A stretch of DNA of 64,000 bases. It comes from a virus (lineage: Duplodnaviria > Heunggongvirae > Uroviricota > Caudoviricetes). Below the pieces are notes generated by a model that was given only the letters and a program-made list of their open reading frames with translations, had not been told where the DNA came from and ran no database searches. The DNA is taken from IMG/VR virus record IMGVR_UViG_3300028422_000873. One strand, given 5' to 3'. A program made the position numbers and the translations under genes. Positions 53,473-63,803 of this stretch are shown here, piece after piece. The first letter of the stretch is position 1; each line of letters opens with the position of its first letter.

Positions 53473-54483
53473 TTACACTTTCTTATATTTATCCATTATT
53501 TCATATGCTTTAATTAATAACTTACTCTTATCTCCTCCACCTTTATACACTTTATCTATAAATTCTTTGACTATCTCTTTCTCTGAAATAGCTTTAATTT
53601 GAACTTGCTTTTTCTCTTTATCTGTTGCGGTTATCTTGGGGGTTACATGCTTATCTTTAATTATTTTTTTATATTTTGCAGAGTTAAAATAAGCAGTTAT
53701 TTCAACCCTGGGACCAACAACCTGAAGAATCCAATGATCTGAAGTATTTAAGGTATTACTTAAGATATCATGAAAATCATCCATAGGTTGATCTTCACTG
53801 ACTTCAAATTTTATAGATTTCCATCTTGGAAAGGGAGATTCCACAAACGATCTCTCATATGTAGCTGTATCAAATATAGTTATCCCTTTTATCATATCTA
53901 TATCGTTAATATTATGAGAATAGGGAGTACCAGGGTATACGACTTTGCCGAATTCTTGTTTTTTATGAACATGACCACTAATTATAATATTAGCTTTTAT
54001 ATCGTCTGCATTAACTCCCGCATCAGGACGATGGTACCCATAATCGGCTCCTATAAAGGTTTGATGAGCAATACATATTTCTCTAGTATCAATTGGAAAA
54101 TTTTCTATATCTGCAATAAAAGGAACCATTGTAATGTTATCAATATCGATACGCTTATCGACTACTATAAAATTATCATTTATACCTACAAAAGATTGCA
54201 ATGCATGATACTTATTATCTTTCGGTCGATATTGATCGTGATTACCAAGTATATAATAATACTTAATGTTCAACGACATTACAAAATCAATATGTTTACG
54301 AAATTCACCTTGAATCTCTGAACGTATTACAGCATGATTATCAAAAGTATCTCCTAAATTAATAACAATATCAGGTTTATGTTCTGCTATTTGAAAATTT
54401 ATCCACTCTAAGAAAGATTTAGCCATATCAAAGCGGTTCATTTTTAAATGCGGATCACCAATAAAAAGTATTTTACTCATCAT
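53473..54483 (-). CDS. Mre11/SbcD-like recombination nuclease (T4 gp47-like)
   Basis: 336 aa; ILFIGDPHL, INLGDTFDNH, ILGNHD, ISGHVH phosphoesterase motifs in gp47 order. Confidence 0.6.
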   Translation of the reverse strand: MMSKILFIGDPHLKMNRFDMAKSFLEWINFQIAEHKPDIVINLGDTFDNHAVIRSEIQGEFRKHIDFVMSLNIKYYYILGNHDQYRPKDNKYHALQSFVGINDNFIVVDKRIDIDNITMVPFIADIENFPIDTREICIAHQTFIGADYGYHRPDAGVNADDIKANIIISGHVHKKQEFGKVVYPGTPYSHNINDIDMIKGITIFDTATYERSFVESPFPRWKSIKFEVSEDQPMDDFHDILSNTLNTSDHWILQVVGPRVEITAYFNSAKYKKIIKDKHVTPKITATDKEKKQVQIKAISEKEIVKEFIDKVYKGGGDKSKLLIKAYEIMDKYKKV

Positions 54484-54917
54484 AAATCCAATAGTATATC
54501 GTCTAACATATTATCTATTCTACTAAGCACCTCTCTATCTTTAGGTCTATTAAACTTACGTTTCCAATAAAGTATCTGATCAATGGATTGAAATTTTAAT
54601 CCGTCTACTGTACCACCTTCAATAAGGTCTGGATAATAAAATACATCGTACTTAAAAAAAGTATAATCGGATTCAAAACGTTTAAATCCATAGCATGTAA
54701 ATTCTTTATGGGATTGAACTATACTTGCTGGAGTACTTTTCTTATCCTTATTGTAAAAAATAGACTGCTGACTTTTTGAACTAAAATCTATATCATGAAC
54801 ATCACCTTTAGGAATACATCCTGCTAACATTAAGGCGAGACTCCCAGCTACCAAAAAATCAGGATTTTGTTGTTGAATTATTTTAGCTAATAATATTGCT
54901 TTATCATAGTATATCAT
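54480..54917 (-). CDS. minimal nucleotidyltransferase-fold protein (candidate)
   Basis: VAGSLALMLAGCIPKGDVHDIDF = GS-x(n)-DxD motif of Pol-beta-superfamily NTases. Confidence 0.35.
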   Translation of the reverse strand: MIYYDKAILLAKIIQQQNPDFLVAGSLALMLAGCIPKGDVHDIDFSSKSQQSIFYNKDKKSTPASIVQSHKEFTCYGFKRFESDYTFFKYDVFYYPDLIEGGTVDGLKFQSIDQILYWKRKFNRPKDREVLSRIDNMLDDILLDL

Positions 54918-54926
54918 AATTAAATT

Positions 54927-55130
54927 TCAATCCGTTAATAATTCTCTTTCTGCAATTTCATCAAGAGTAAGTTTACGAATCTTTAGTATGATTTTACCAG
55001 CATGGGTATTATATGATGGATATTCTTCTACTTCATATCCACTATCTCTCAACGATTCAATAAAGGAATATATTGATGAAAAATCTTCCAACATTAATAA
55101 GGTATCTATACTGAATTTTTCTTCACTCAA
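54927..55130 (-). CDS. hypothetical protein
   Basis: 67 aa. Confidence 0.3.
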   Translation of the reverse strand: MSEEKFSIDTLLMLEDFSSIYSFIESLRDSGYEVEEYPSYNTHAGKIILKIRKLTLDEIAERELLTD

Positions 55131-55513
55131 AACTCTACCTCCGATCCAAAAATTATGCTTTCTGCATCTTGTGCTAATGCTCGCTCTAGTATATCACGAT
55201 GCATTTTGCCGTTTTTATCCCTATCTTCATTATCGAAATCTAACTGCATAAACTGTTCTCTATAACAAGCATATCTGCGTTTAGTAAGTTGCCAATAAAA
55301 TTGTATTCTAATATCATGCTGTTCATTTTCTTCTTTCATACAGTGTTCACAATTAAAACGATTTCGCATATCTTGCACCATAACACTATTAGCTATACCA
55401 GTCATGGTCTTAGATATGTCACTCCAACGATCAAAAATACTCATATCGTCTTCTAGCCATAATTGCATTTCTTCATCTATAGATATAGGTATTTCATACT
55501 GTACATCACTCAT
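55127..55513 (-). CDS. hypothetical protein
   Basis: 128 aa; CEHC motif. Confidence 0.4.
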   Translation of the reverse strand: MSDVQYEIPISIDEEMQLWLEDDMSIFDRWSDISKTMTGIANSVMVQDMRNRFNCEHCMKEENEQHDIRIQFYWQLTKRRYACYREQFMQLDFDNEDRDKNGKMHRDILERALAQDAESIIFGSEVEF

Positions 55514-55515
55514 AT

Positions 55516-55971
55516 TTAATCCTTAGGTTTAAAAGTTAAAATATAATAACCATCTAACTCTTTAACCGCCAATCCAAGATCCTTTAATTTCTTATTTTCT
55601 TCATGATCTGTGTATAAATTTTTACAAATAACTTCTGTTACACCACATTGCCATAGTGCACGCATACAATTTTTACAAGGACTGTGAGTGCAAACCAATG
55701 TTGTATCATCCATAGATATTCCATGACGTGCACAATTATATATCATGTTAGCTTCAGAATGAATCATATACTCGTATTTTTCTGGTCTTGTTTTAGGAAG
55801 ATCTTTGTCCGGCGCTTCGCGCACATAACCATTAAAACCAGTAGCAACTACAGCATTTGTACTATTTTTAACTAATACTGCACCAACTTTGGTTTGTTCA
55901 TCTGGTGATTGCTCTGACACTGCTTCGGCAATTTTCATAAACTGTGAAATCTTATGATACTTAAAACTCAT
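55516..55971 (-). CDS. deoxycytidylate (dCMP) deaminase
   Basis: HSEANMI (H-x-E zinc ligand/catalytic motif) and THSPCKNCMRAL (PCxxC) of the cytidine/dCMP deaminase fold; 151 aa. Confidence 0.75.
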   Translation of the reverse strand: MSFKYHKISQFMKIAEAVSEQSPDEQTKVGAVLVKNSTNAVVATGFNGYVREAPDKDLPKTRPEKYEYMIHSEANMIYNCARHGISMDDTTLVCTHSPCKNCMRALWQCGVTEVICKNLYTDHEENKKLKDLGLAVKELDGYYILTFKPKD

Positions 55972-56288
55972 TAATACCCCAATAAAATTCGGTTGATCTC
56001 TTCATCAAGAGGATATATCTTATCTCCATTATCTAATTCAAACATCAGATCATAATGTTCGATATCTAATCGTGGTAAAGATTTGATCATCACAGTACCA
56101 TATAGTGACGTGAATTGCACATAATGCATAGGACCCGTACCCGTGTGTTGATAAGAATTATAGAATTCTCTCAAGAGATCTCGGTAAAAAGAACAAGACA
56201 TGAATACCTTAACAATATTCATGTCTACGTTATTCTCGTAATATCGATTTATCTCAGTTTCTAATCTACTCAAGATTGATGAGGTCAT
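55971..56288 (-). CDS. hypothetical protein
   Basis: start placed at MTSSIL (GGAG 11 nt upstream); overlaps the uvsX stop by 23 nt. Confidence 0.3.
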   Translation of the reverse strand: MTSSILSRLETEINRYYENNVDMNIVKVFMSCSFYRDLLREFYNSYQHTGTGPMHYVQFTSLYGTVMIKSLPRLDIEHYDLMFELDNGDKIYPLDEEINRILLGY

Positions 56289-57369
56289 CTGCTGTAATCT
56301 CCATTTCTTCATTACGTGCAGCAACCTTATCATCATTAACTTCGCAACAAGCGTTAAAGATTTCATCATGATACTGAGTATTATCAATAACCCACTGTTT
56401 CATGTTTGCTTCCCCCCTGATTGCAGGATAGTTTGCAAATTGCCACATCTGTGTATTAATTTTACTTGTAGAATCATTAATTGGGTGAAAGATGACATCT
56501 AAAGATTTTGCTAGTTCAAATAGTTCTTCACCTACGTTGATAATACCATCAGTGTAACTAAGTGTGAATTCTGCAACACGATATGGAGCACCAACTCTAT
56601 TCTTCTTTCCTTTAATGCGAACTTTATGGGCAACTTGTTGTTTACCTCCCATGATATTCTTGCCAACTTCAATAATACCAGCTTTAGTTTCAAGTTTTTC
56701 TACTTGTAACATATAATCACACGCATGTTTTAAGGCTCTACCATCAGGTACAATCCAAGGATTTCTCATTTTCTTGTATTGATCCATTTCTTCGTATACT
56801 TGCTGAACCAATACAGTAGTAATATCATATTCTTTAATAACGGGAAGAACACTCTTCCATGCTGAGCCAAGATATGATGCACCACCACCACCCATTACCT
56901 GATCTGTAGATTTAGTTTTAATATCCTTAGGATATTTAATGGATTTAACAGAATCGATTGCAATTGCAGTAATAGGGCATCCATCTTGCATTAATTCCAA
57001 CATCTCACCATAGATATAATCAAAGATCTTAAGTGGATCATTTGATTGTCTTACAATTAATTTATTTACATTACCACCTAATTGTGCAAACCATAGTTTA
57101 TTAAATGAAAACTCAGCATCAAATAATACCTGATATGAATCTGGGTACTTCTTCTGAATCTCAATTATCATTAATTGCATCAATAAAGATTTACCACCTG
57201 ATTCAGGGCCATATAAACAAGCCACCTTTCCTTCTGAAATACCGCCATTACCTACAGCCCAATTAAAAGATGGCGAAGCTAATTTAAATACATTTTCAGA
57301 CGGAGCTTTTGTATCTGCAGCTAACATACCAAAGTCTTTTGTTAGTCTACTCATCCATTTATCTGTCAT
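56266..57369 (-). CDS. uvsX: UvsX/RecA-family recombinase
   Basis: LYGPESGGKSLLMQLMI Walker A in RecA/UvsX context; FDAEFSF aligns to the T4 UvsX FYDSEFGI block; 367 aa. Confidence 0.8.
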   Translation of the reverse strand: MTDKWMSRLTKDFGMLAADTKAPSENVFKLASPSFNWAVGNGGISEGKVACLYGPESGGKSLLMQLMIIEIQKKYPDSYQVLFDAEFSFNKLWFAQLGGNVNKLIVRQSNDPLKIFDYIYGEMLELMQDGCPITAIAIDSVKSIKYPKDIKTKSTDQVMGGGGASYLGSAWKSVLPVIKEYDITTVLVQQVYEEMDQYKKMRNPWIVPDGRALKHACDYMLQVEKLETKAGIIEVGKNIMGGKQQVAHKVRIKGKKNRVGAPYRVAEFTLSYTDGIINVGEELFELAKSLDVIFHPINDSTSKINTQMWQFANYPAIRGEANMKQWVIDNTQYHDEIFNACCEVNDDKVAARNEEMEITADDLINLE

Positions 57370-57379
57370 ATTTATCTCC

Positions 57380-57847
57380 TTACATTCCTTCCCAATTACT
57401 TAATTGCTGATCACCATATGATATCTTTTTAACGTCATCATGTGCCAATCTAAATTCTTGAACCTTATTTTTTAAAAAAATAACAAGAGCAGTTGTACGT
57501 GCTTTTTCATTTTTAGCATCAATAACATCAGGATCAATGTCAACGTATTTTTTACGTGCTTCAGCAGAATCTTTAATACCTTTTTGTTTAAGATAATCTC
57601 CTGCTTTATCTAGAAAAGCGATTGCTTCAGCTTGTTTTAATGCTGTATCAGCTTTTATATCTAACTGAACAGCAACCGATAACATAGTAGATGATACATC
57701 AATTGCTTCGATAAAGTCCTTAAGATAGATGGGAGCCATCATTTTCTGAAGACTCCCGATGTCTTTTATTTTTCTAGTATATTCAACTAATCTAGTAACA
57801 TCTACTATCTTATTGGCCTTATCAACTGAATTTTGTTGATCAGCCAT
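57380..57847 (-). CDS. hypothetical protein (position compatible with a UvsY-like mediator)
   Basis: 155 aa between the SSB and UvsX genes; no motif. Confidence 0.3.
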   Translation of the reverse strand: MADQQNSVDKANKIVDVTRLVEYTRKIKDIGSLQKMMAPIYLKDFIEAIDVSSTMLSVAVQLDIKADTALKQAEAIAFLDKAGDYLKQKGIKDSAEARKKYVDIDPDVIDAKNEKARTTALVIFLKNKVQEFRLAHDDVKKISYGDQQLSNWEGM

Positions 57848-57861
57848 ATAAACCCCGTTTA

Positions 57862-58932
57862 TTATTGGCTAAAAATATCATCTGCCATTCTCATTAAATC
57901 CTCTGTATCATCAACGGTAGTTGTCGATTGTACTGATTGAGGGGCAGGTTGCACAGGTGCTGTTACTGAAGGTTGAATTGGTGCACTTGCTGTTACATCA
58001 ATTACGCTATCAGGACTATCTAATTTTAATCCAACTGTTCCCTTACCTTGTGGCACAGATTGAACTGGAGCAGCAGATTGAACTGGAGCAGCAGATTGAA
58101 CTGGAGTTACACCTTTTACATTTGTGTCAACATAAAAACCATCGATCTTAAGATCAGGATTAGTTTCGCATAGAAGAGTTAAGTTAGCAATAAGAATCTC
58201 TAACATCTCATCATACGATTTTTTCTGATAGACAGATCCAAGATCATAAGCTAAATTATCATAATCATTGATAACATTTTGTGGCAACGATGATCTATCA
58301 TCTTGATAAGAAATTGCTCCTGTATTAGGATCTCTAATCATGGATTGATTTTTTTCTGCGCTGTATTCAGTTTGAAGACCTTGTCCTTTACGAGAGATAT
58401 TAAACCAAACACCAGAATCATTGATATCGGCATTTAATGATGTTGGATCTTGATTATAATCAGTAATGTATTTACCCATTAATTCAAGAACTTTTTTATG
58501 TGCAGTTGATTTTAACTCTAAAATACCTACAGTACCAGATTTATCACAGGCATTATAAGCATATCCAACTTTAGGTCGAAGTTGAGAAATAAAATAATTA
58601 GTTTCTTTTAATCTCTCTTTGATTTGTTCTTCTGTTAAACCAGAAGCAGCTAATTCTGCTTTTAATGCTTCCACTTTTACTTTTAAAAGATCCAAATATT
58701 CGTAAATTGGACATTTACCCTCATATGTAATAGGGGATGCAAAAGGTCTTTTTCTTCCAGTAGCTGGATCTACTAAACCCCAAATAACATTCCATTTACG
58801 ATATGGATAACCATTAGATTCTGGACCAAATGGAGGTAATAATCTAAAGATATTAGATCCATCTTGTACTTTGTGTCTTTTCCATTCTTTTTTTGGACGG
58901 AGTGAGTCCATGTTGATTTTAATGTCGGCCAT
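57862..58932 (-). CDS. single-stranded DNA-binding protein (T4 gp32-like) with PVQSAA tandem repeats and acidic tail
   Basis: NIFRLLPPFG and CPIYEYL parallel the gp32 AVIRFLPS and CPVCQYI zinc site; C-terminal APVQSAAPVQSAAPVQS repeats and DDTEDLMRMADDIF tail. Confidence 0.5.
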   Translation of the reverse strand: MADIKINMDSLRPKKEWKRHKVQDGSNIFRLLPPFGPESNGYPYRKWNVIWGLVDPATGRKRPFASPITYEGKCPIYEYLDLLKVKVEALKAELAASGLTEEQIKERLKETNYFISQLRPKVGYAYNACDKSGTVGILELKSTAHKKVLELMGKYITDYNQDPTSLNADINDSGVWFNISRKGQGLQTEYSAEKNQSMIRDPNTGAISYQDDRSSLPQNVINDYDNLAYDLGSVYQKKSYDEMLEILIANLTLLCETNPDLKIDGFYVDTNVKGVTPVQSAAPVQSAAPVQSVPQGKGTVGLKLDSPDSVIDVTASAPIQPSVTAPVQPAPQSVQSTTTVDDTEDLMRMADDIFSQ

Positions 58933-59006
58933 GTTTTTTCCTTTGTTCTACCAAATTGGCATAGTTAATATTTACTACCTTAACGGCATGTTCATATTAT
59001 ACCATA

Positions 59007-59501
59007 TTATTCTTCAAAACTGTCTTTTTTATTTTTCTTTTTCTTAATACCTAAAAAATCATCTACTTCTTCTAGCGTAATACTATCAATACCGTTATGA
59101 GTAAAAACATCGCAATATTTAAAATCTGGTGCTACAAAATAAATTAATTTCACTTTGCTACCCCTATTAGAGATTTTTTTTGCAATTGCCTTATAAATAA
59201 GATCTGGTTTAACCGCCTCAATTATCTCCATGATGCGAAGTGCAACCTCATCTTCATCGATGGCAGAAATACCTTTATATCTAGTTAAATTAACATCTAG
59301 GAAAGCATTGAAGGTTGGATCATAGGTTGCACCAATTTCAGTAAAAATTGCTCTCAAATAGTTTATTGTTAATACTTTTTGTCTACCACGGCTTCTGCGT
59401 GCCTTAATAATTTCTTCTTTAAAATTAGGAAGGTTGATCACGAGTGTATCTGATCTGGCTTCCTCTGGTGCCTCATTAATTCTGCAATATTTAGTTGCCA
59501 T
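59007..59501 (-). CDS. hypothetical protein
   Basis: 164 aa. Confidence 0.4.
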   Translation of the reverse strand: MATKYCRINEAPEEARSDTLVINLPNFKEEIIKARRSRGRQKVLTINYLRAIFTEIGATYDPTFNAFLDVNLTRYKGISAIDEDEVALRIMEIIEAVKPDLIYKAIAKKISNRGSKVKLIYFVAPDFKYCDVFTHNGIDSITLEEVDDFLGIKKKKNKKDSFEE

Positions 59502-59519
59502 TTTATTCTCCTTTTTTTT

Positions 59520-59744
59520 CTATTCATTATCTAGTTCTATAGTTGCTGTATACTCCTCAAAAATATTGTAAACTTGTTCTACTTCTACATCAACAACACA
59601 TAATCGCTTTACAACAACTTTTCCATCTTTCATATATGGCTTTGTTTGATAATATACTTTATTAGACATTGGATCATAAATAGCTTCAATTTGTTGAGCC
59701 CGATCTTTAGATAAAAATTTATCATTTAATTCTTTTTCAGTCAT
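59520..59744 (-). CDS. hypothetical protein
   Basis: 74 aa, tightly coupled downstream of the polymerase gene. Confidence 0.4.
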   Translation of the reverse strand: MTEKELNDKFLSKDRAQQIEAIYDPMSNKVYYQTKPYMKDGKVVVKRLCVVDVEVEQVYNIFEEYTATIELDNE

Positions 59745-59752
59745 GTTATCTC

Positions 59753-62700
59753 CTATTGTATTAGTTCAATCTCTTGTATATTTAGACAAATCTTTGATTT
59801 CCACCCAGCTTTTAAAGTACCTCTAACGTATACTAAGGAGTTTATCGGGTATTTTAAAGCTTTAGTTCTGTTCCAATCGCTACCCTCAACAGAGATAAAA
59901 CCGTCACTGAGTTCAATACTACATACACACCATTCTCTACCTGTTTTCTTAGAAACACCTTTACGTATAGATGAACCGCCATATAGTAATATCATTCCAA
60001 CTTCTTTTTCAAAATTTTTCTCTAAAAGTCCAGCAGCTACATTAGCACTAGTTAGAACAGGGATATCACCAAGCATAAGCGGAATACCTTTACGACCTGT
60101 AATCTTAAAACCCTTCCATTTATCAGTAACACTCTTTAGAACATCTGGATCCGATAAAAGACTTTTATTAAAAGATTTATTAGCATCGCGCTCCATTAAA
60201 AATACATCTAATGGATTATTTTCATTAAGCTCTTGCTTAAAATTAGATGTAATCGGTTTACCAGCTGTTATACTTCTAGCTTTTTTATAATCTTCCATAA
60301 ATTTGAATCTTGCCGCCACATAATCACTAGTATCTTCCATAAAATCATCTGCAGCTCTAGCTTTTATTAATTGACTTACAACCCCAATATTAACCTTACT
60401 ATGATCCACTCTATCACTATAATCTTGAATATCTTTAAATGGTCCTTTAATCGTTAATTCCTCATAAGAAGCAGGTCCCACGCTTTTAACAACATTAATA
60501 GGTGATATAATTTTTCCATCTCTAATAACAAAAAGCTTTTCTGGATTTTTCATAGAAGGTGGCTTAATTAAATCACCTAATAGTGATATGTAGTATCGCA
60601 GTTTATCTTCATCATCTTCATTATTTAATACAGCAGTCCACCATTCTAATCTATGATGATGTTTTAAATACATCGTAATATAACCTAATTCAGCGTAAGC
60701 ATAAGAGTGTGATCTATTAAAAGAATAACGAGAAAAAGCTAAAATTGTATTACATAACTGATCAGCTTGTTCTGATGTCCATCCTCTAATCGCTGTGTTT
60801 TCCCTAATTTTATCAAAAGTAGCCATCATAACATCTTGTTTTTTCTTAGCTATTGCGCTTCTAACTTGATCTGTTTCTTCCATAGTATAGCCGCAAATAT
60901 CTACAAGGCATTTCATAACTTGCTCTTGATACACAAAGATACCATTTGTATTACCAATAATTGGGGCAAGATCTGGATGTATTAATTTCATCTCGCGCTT
61001 ACCTTGTCTAACATCTTCATACCATTTATCAGCCATAATACCGTCTTCAACTTCTGCATCCATTGCACCTGGTCTTTTTAAAGCAGTTAATGCCGATAAG
61101 TCTTCACGGCACGCAGGAACATAATCTGAAAGACATGCTTTGATAACACCAGAGTTGAATTGAAATGATGAATCTGTTTTCTTATTAAAAAAATCAACAT
61201 ACACTGCTTCGTCTTCTGGTAATCTATATACTAAATTTACCCCTTTATTATCTGGTTGTAAATAATCCACATCCACTAGTTTAACTGCATCAGTAACTAC
61301 CGATAAAGTTTTAAGACCCAATACATCAGCTTTTACAAGACCAACTTTTTCACACATCTTAGCTTCATATTGAGTAACAGAGATGCGTTCTCCCATCCCC
61401 TTATCGTACATTTTAAGAGTTGGTAAGCGTTCAGAAGGAAGATCTAGGGTAGATGTAACAAAGGCAGACGCATGTCTTGAAAGACCTCGAACAATTCCGA
61501 TTAATCTTTTAACCATATCAGCAACATCAGGATATGTATCAAAGAAGTTTTGAAGATGTTCATTAGTATCTAACTGACCTTTGTGATAATGCCCTTCTTG
61601 ATCTTCATAACCATAAAGAAAGTCCTTTTCAGATATCCCCTGTGGTGAATCTGGAATAGTTTTACAAACTGAATCAATCTCAAAATCTTTACGATTTCTT
61701 CCATATAAAGCCCACATGGCATCTTTAATTGCATTCTTAGTTTTCATAGTAGAAAAAGTAGCAACTTGAGCAAAACCAGATCCATATGTTTCTTGCATAT
61801 ATCTCATTAAATATGGTCGCGCTGTTTTAGAAATGTCCATATCAATATCAGGCCATGAACCAGCGTTGATACGAGCGTGAGATAAGAATCTCTCAAATGG
61901 CAAATCCTTAGCTACAGGATCAACATGGATGATTTGAAGATAGTACGAAAGTAATGAACCACCTGCTGAACCCCTAGCGATATTTTGTAAAAAACCTTGA
62001 TTTCTAGCGAATCTTCCAAAGTCTTCATACATTAAAAAATATGGTAAGAAATTCATTGCTTTATTGTTCATAACAACATCAATTTCTTTCATGAAACGTT
62101 CTTTATACTCAATAGTATCATTCCAACGACCATATTCTTTAATTTTCTCAAGTGTTAACATATAAGTTTGTTGATTATAATCAGATGTTTTTGATAGAAT
62201 ATGGTCTGGGATGGTGATTTTAGGTAAATGAAATTCAAATTCAATTTTTATATCACGTGCACCATCTAAGATAGATAATGAATTATTAACCCACTCTTTA
62301 TACAAGAGTTCATTAAATTTATCTCCTAAATGAACTTTAAGTTCTTTATAAAGAGTATTAGAGGTTTTTGCATGATATGATTCTTGATAATATTTACCAT
62401 CTTTATGGTTATTCTTACATAAGCAGTCCTGTAAAAGTTTGTCTTCCTTATTTAGAAAACAAGCGCCGGAAACCGGAATAGGTTTACCACCGTATTTAAG
62501 CATATCAAATAAGAAGTTATTATAAGCTTTTTGAAGATTATTTTCAGTAACAAAACAATTTTGATCAACTTTTTGAAAACCTATTTTCTTATCAAAAGAA
62601 TGTGTTATATCTACAGGATTAAATTCTATAAAGAGATCGTCGCCTAAGTGATGATAAAGCAGTTGATAACGTTGTTCTGCAGATTCTTTTTGACCGTTAC

Positions 62701-63727
62701 GTACTGCTTTTCCGATATAACCATCTATATCAGCAGTACCAAATTTAAGACCGTTGCGATATTCTAGTATCTGCTCAAATGAAACAACTGGTATTTCTTT
62801 TTTCTCATATTCAATACTGGTTTCCCACCCTATTGAAGCTAATTTCATTAAATTGAAATACCCTTCTTTTGATACAGCCCACGCATTAAGATGAAAATGC
62901 TCTTCATCTGATATATCCATTTTAAAATTAAGACCTACACCTGGAACACTAACTGTTTTAGAATTATCATTATTCTTAACATCATATAATGAGATTGCAT
63001 AACCTTGATCAACAACAGAGAACCCAGGAATATTATTGTCGATGCACCAATTTGCCCACTCTTCTGGAGTTGGAACAGCGTCATACATAGAATATTGAGA
63101 ATGTAGATGTAGTTGAGCAGGCTCTGGTAGTTTTTCTAAAACCTGTATATCATTAATATTAATCGATGGCTTATATATTGAAGCGCTCTCACCCAGCAAT
63201 TCTGCTAGAAACACATCTAGTTCAATATTAGCTGAAATATCAGATAAGGCATCATGAGCTTGAATTTCAATATCAAAATGCTTGCATAATGTTTCTAATT
63301 TATTATTATCAGTTTTTAATTTACCCTTTAATGAGCGTGCTCTATAAAGTGTATCATGTACATCTAAATTAAATAATTGAAAAAAATCAGTATTTCGATT
63401 ATATCTAGAAAAAAGCCCAGATACCATCTTTTTATCAAAACCCACATTATGTCCAGCAACACCAAATCTAACGCCGAAAGATCTAACGTAATTGATAAAA
63501 TTCTCTAATAGTTGTTCTTGTGGTTGAAAGGTTTGCATCATCTCAATAGTGATACCATGTACGTTAATAGCCTCTTGAGCAATATTATTCCAATTTACTG
63601 GTTGACCATATTGCATGAAAGCTGGTTGTCGAACACCATTTATTACAGGAATGCAGGCTATTTGAACGACATCATTCTTATTTGCATCAAGCCCTGTTGT
63701 TTCCGTATCTATCCACAATAAATTCAT
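59753..63727 (-). CDS. PolC-like replicative DNA polymerase: N-terminal DnaQ (DEDDh) 3'-5' exonuclease fused to PHP and Pol III alpha catalytic core
   Basis: start at MNLLWIDTETTGLD (AGGAG RBS); exo motifs WIDTETTGLD, HNVGFD, HDALSD; Pol III alpha palm region GSAGGSLLSYYLQIIHVDP...PDIDMDI; about 1324 aa. Confidence 0.85.
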   Translation of the reverse strand: MNLLWIDTETTGLDANKNDVVQIACIPVINGVRQPAFMQYGQPVNWNNIAQEAINVHGITIEMMQTFQPQEQLLENFINYVRSFGVRFGVAGHNVGFDKKMVSGLFSRYNRNTDFFQLFNLDVHDTLYRARSLKGKLKTDNNKLETLCKHFDIEIQAHDALSDISANIELDVFLAELLGESASIYKPSININDIQVLEKLPEPAQLHLHSQYSMYDAVPTPEEWANWCIDNNIPGFSVVDQGYAISLYDVKNNDNSKTVSVPGVGLNFKMDISDEEHFHLNAWAVSKEGYFNLMKLASIGWETSIEYEKKEIPVVSFEQILEYRNGLKFGTADIDGYIGKAVRNGQKESAEQRYQLLYHHLGDDLFIEFNPVDITHSFDKKIGFQKVDQNCFVTENNLQKAYNNFLFDMLKYGGKPIPVSGACFLNKEDKLLQDCLCKNNHKDGKYYQESYHAKTSNTLYKELKVHLGDKFNELLYKEWVNNSLSILDGARDIKIEFEFHLPKITIPDHILSKTSDYNQQTYMLTLEKIKEYGRWNDTIEYKERFMKEIDVVMNNKAMNFLPYFLMYEDFGRFARNQGFLQNIARGSAGGSLLSYYLQIIHVDPVAKDLPFERFLSHARINAGSWPDIDMDISKTARPYLMRYMQETYGSGFAQVATFSTMKTKNAIKDAMWALYGRNRKDFEIDSVCKTIPDSPQGISEKDFLYGYEDQEGHYHKGQLDTNEHLQNFFDTYPDVADMVKRLIGIVRGLSRHASAFVTSTLDLPSERLPTLKMYDKGMGERISVTQYEAKMCEKVGLVKADVLGLKTLSVVTDAVKLVDVDYLQPDNKGVNLVYRLPEDEAVYVDFFNKKTDSSFQFNSGVIKACLSDYVPACREDLSALTALKRPGAMDAEVEDGIMADKWYEDVRQGKREMKLIHPDLAPIIGNTNGIFVYQEQVMKCLVDICGYTMEETDQVRSAIAKKKQDVMMATFDKIRENTAIRGWTSEQADQLCNTILAFSRYSFNRSHSYAYAELGYITMYLKHHHRLEWWTAVLNNEDDEDKLRYYISLLGDLIKPPSMKNPEKLFVIRDGKIISPINVVKSVGPASYEELTIKGPFKDIQDYSDRVDHSKVNIGVVSQLIKARAADDFMEDTSDYVAARFKFMEDYKKARSITAGKPITSNFKQELNENNPLDVFLMERDANKSFNKSLLSDPDVLKSVTDKWKGFKITGRKGIPLMLGDIPVLTSANVAAGLLEKNFEKEVGMILLYGGSSIRKGVSKKTGREWCVCSIELSDGFISVEGSDWNRTKALKYPINSLVYVRGTLKAGWKSKICLNIQEIELIQ

Positions 63728-63740
63728 CAGTACTCCTAAA

Positions 63741-63773
63741 ATAAAAAATCCCAGGTTTATTTGACCTGGGATT
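63741..63773 (-). terminator. rho-independent terminator upstream of the polymerase gene
   Basis: AATCCCAGGT-TTATTTG-ACCTGGGATT hairpin; minus-strand RNA followed by TTTTAT. Confidence 0.6.
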
Positions 63774-63803
63774 CTATCTAACAAAGTTGTACTGTTCTAA
63801 ATG

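Noticed and set aside
30631-57000. Plus-strand ORFs inside the minus-strand late block (30631..30876, 32567..32755, 34187..34423, 34648..34944, 36770..37171, 37282..37587, 38912..39097, 41514..41777, 44114..44296, 45301..45543, 46628..46867, 47715..47966, 51167..51442, 53770..54321, 55684..55875, 57921..58151, 63512..63721)
   Set aside because: They are antisense to long, motif-bearing minus-strand genes (capsid, terminase, polymerase and others) and lack RBS. They are shadow ORFs.
58050-58112. Tandem nucleotide repeat GCAGCAGATTGAACTGGA x3, considered as a CRISPR-like or regulatory repeat
   Set aside because: It is in-frame inside the gp32-like gene and encodes the PVQSAA peptide repeat. 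There is no spacer/repeat architecture, so it is not CRISPR.
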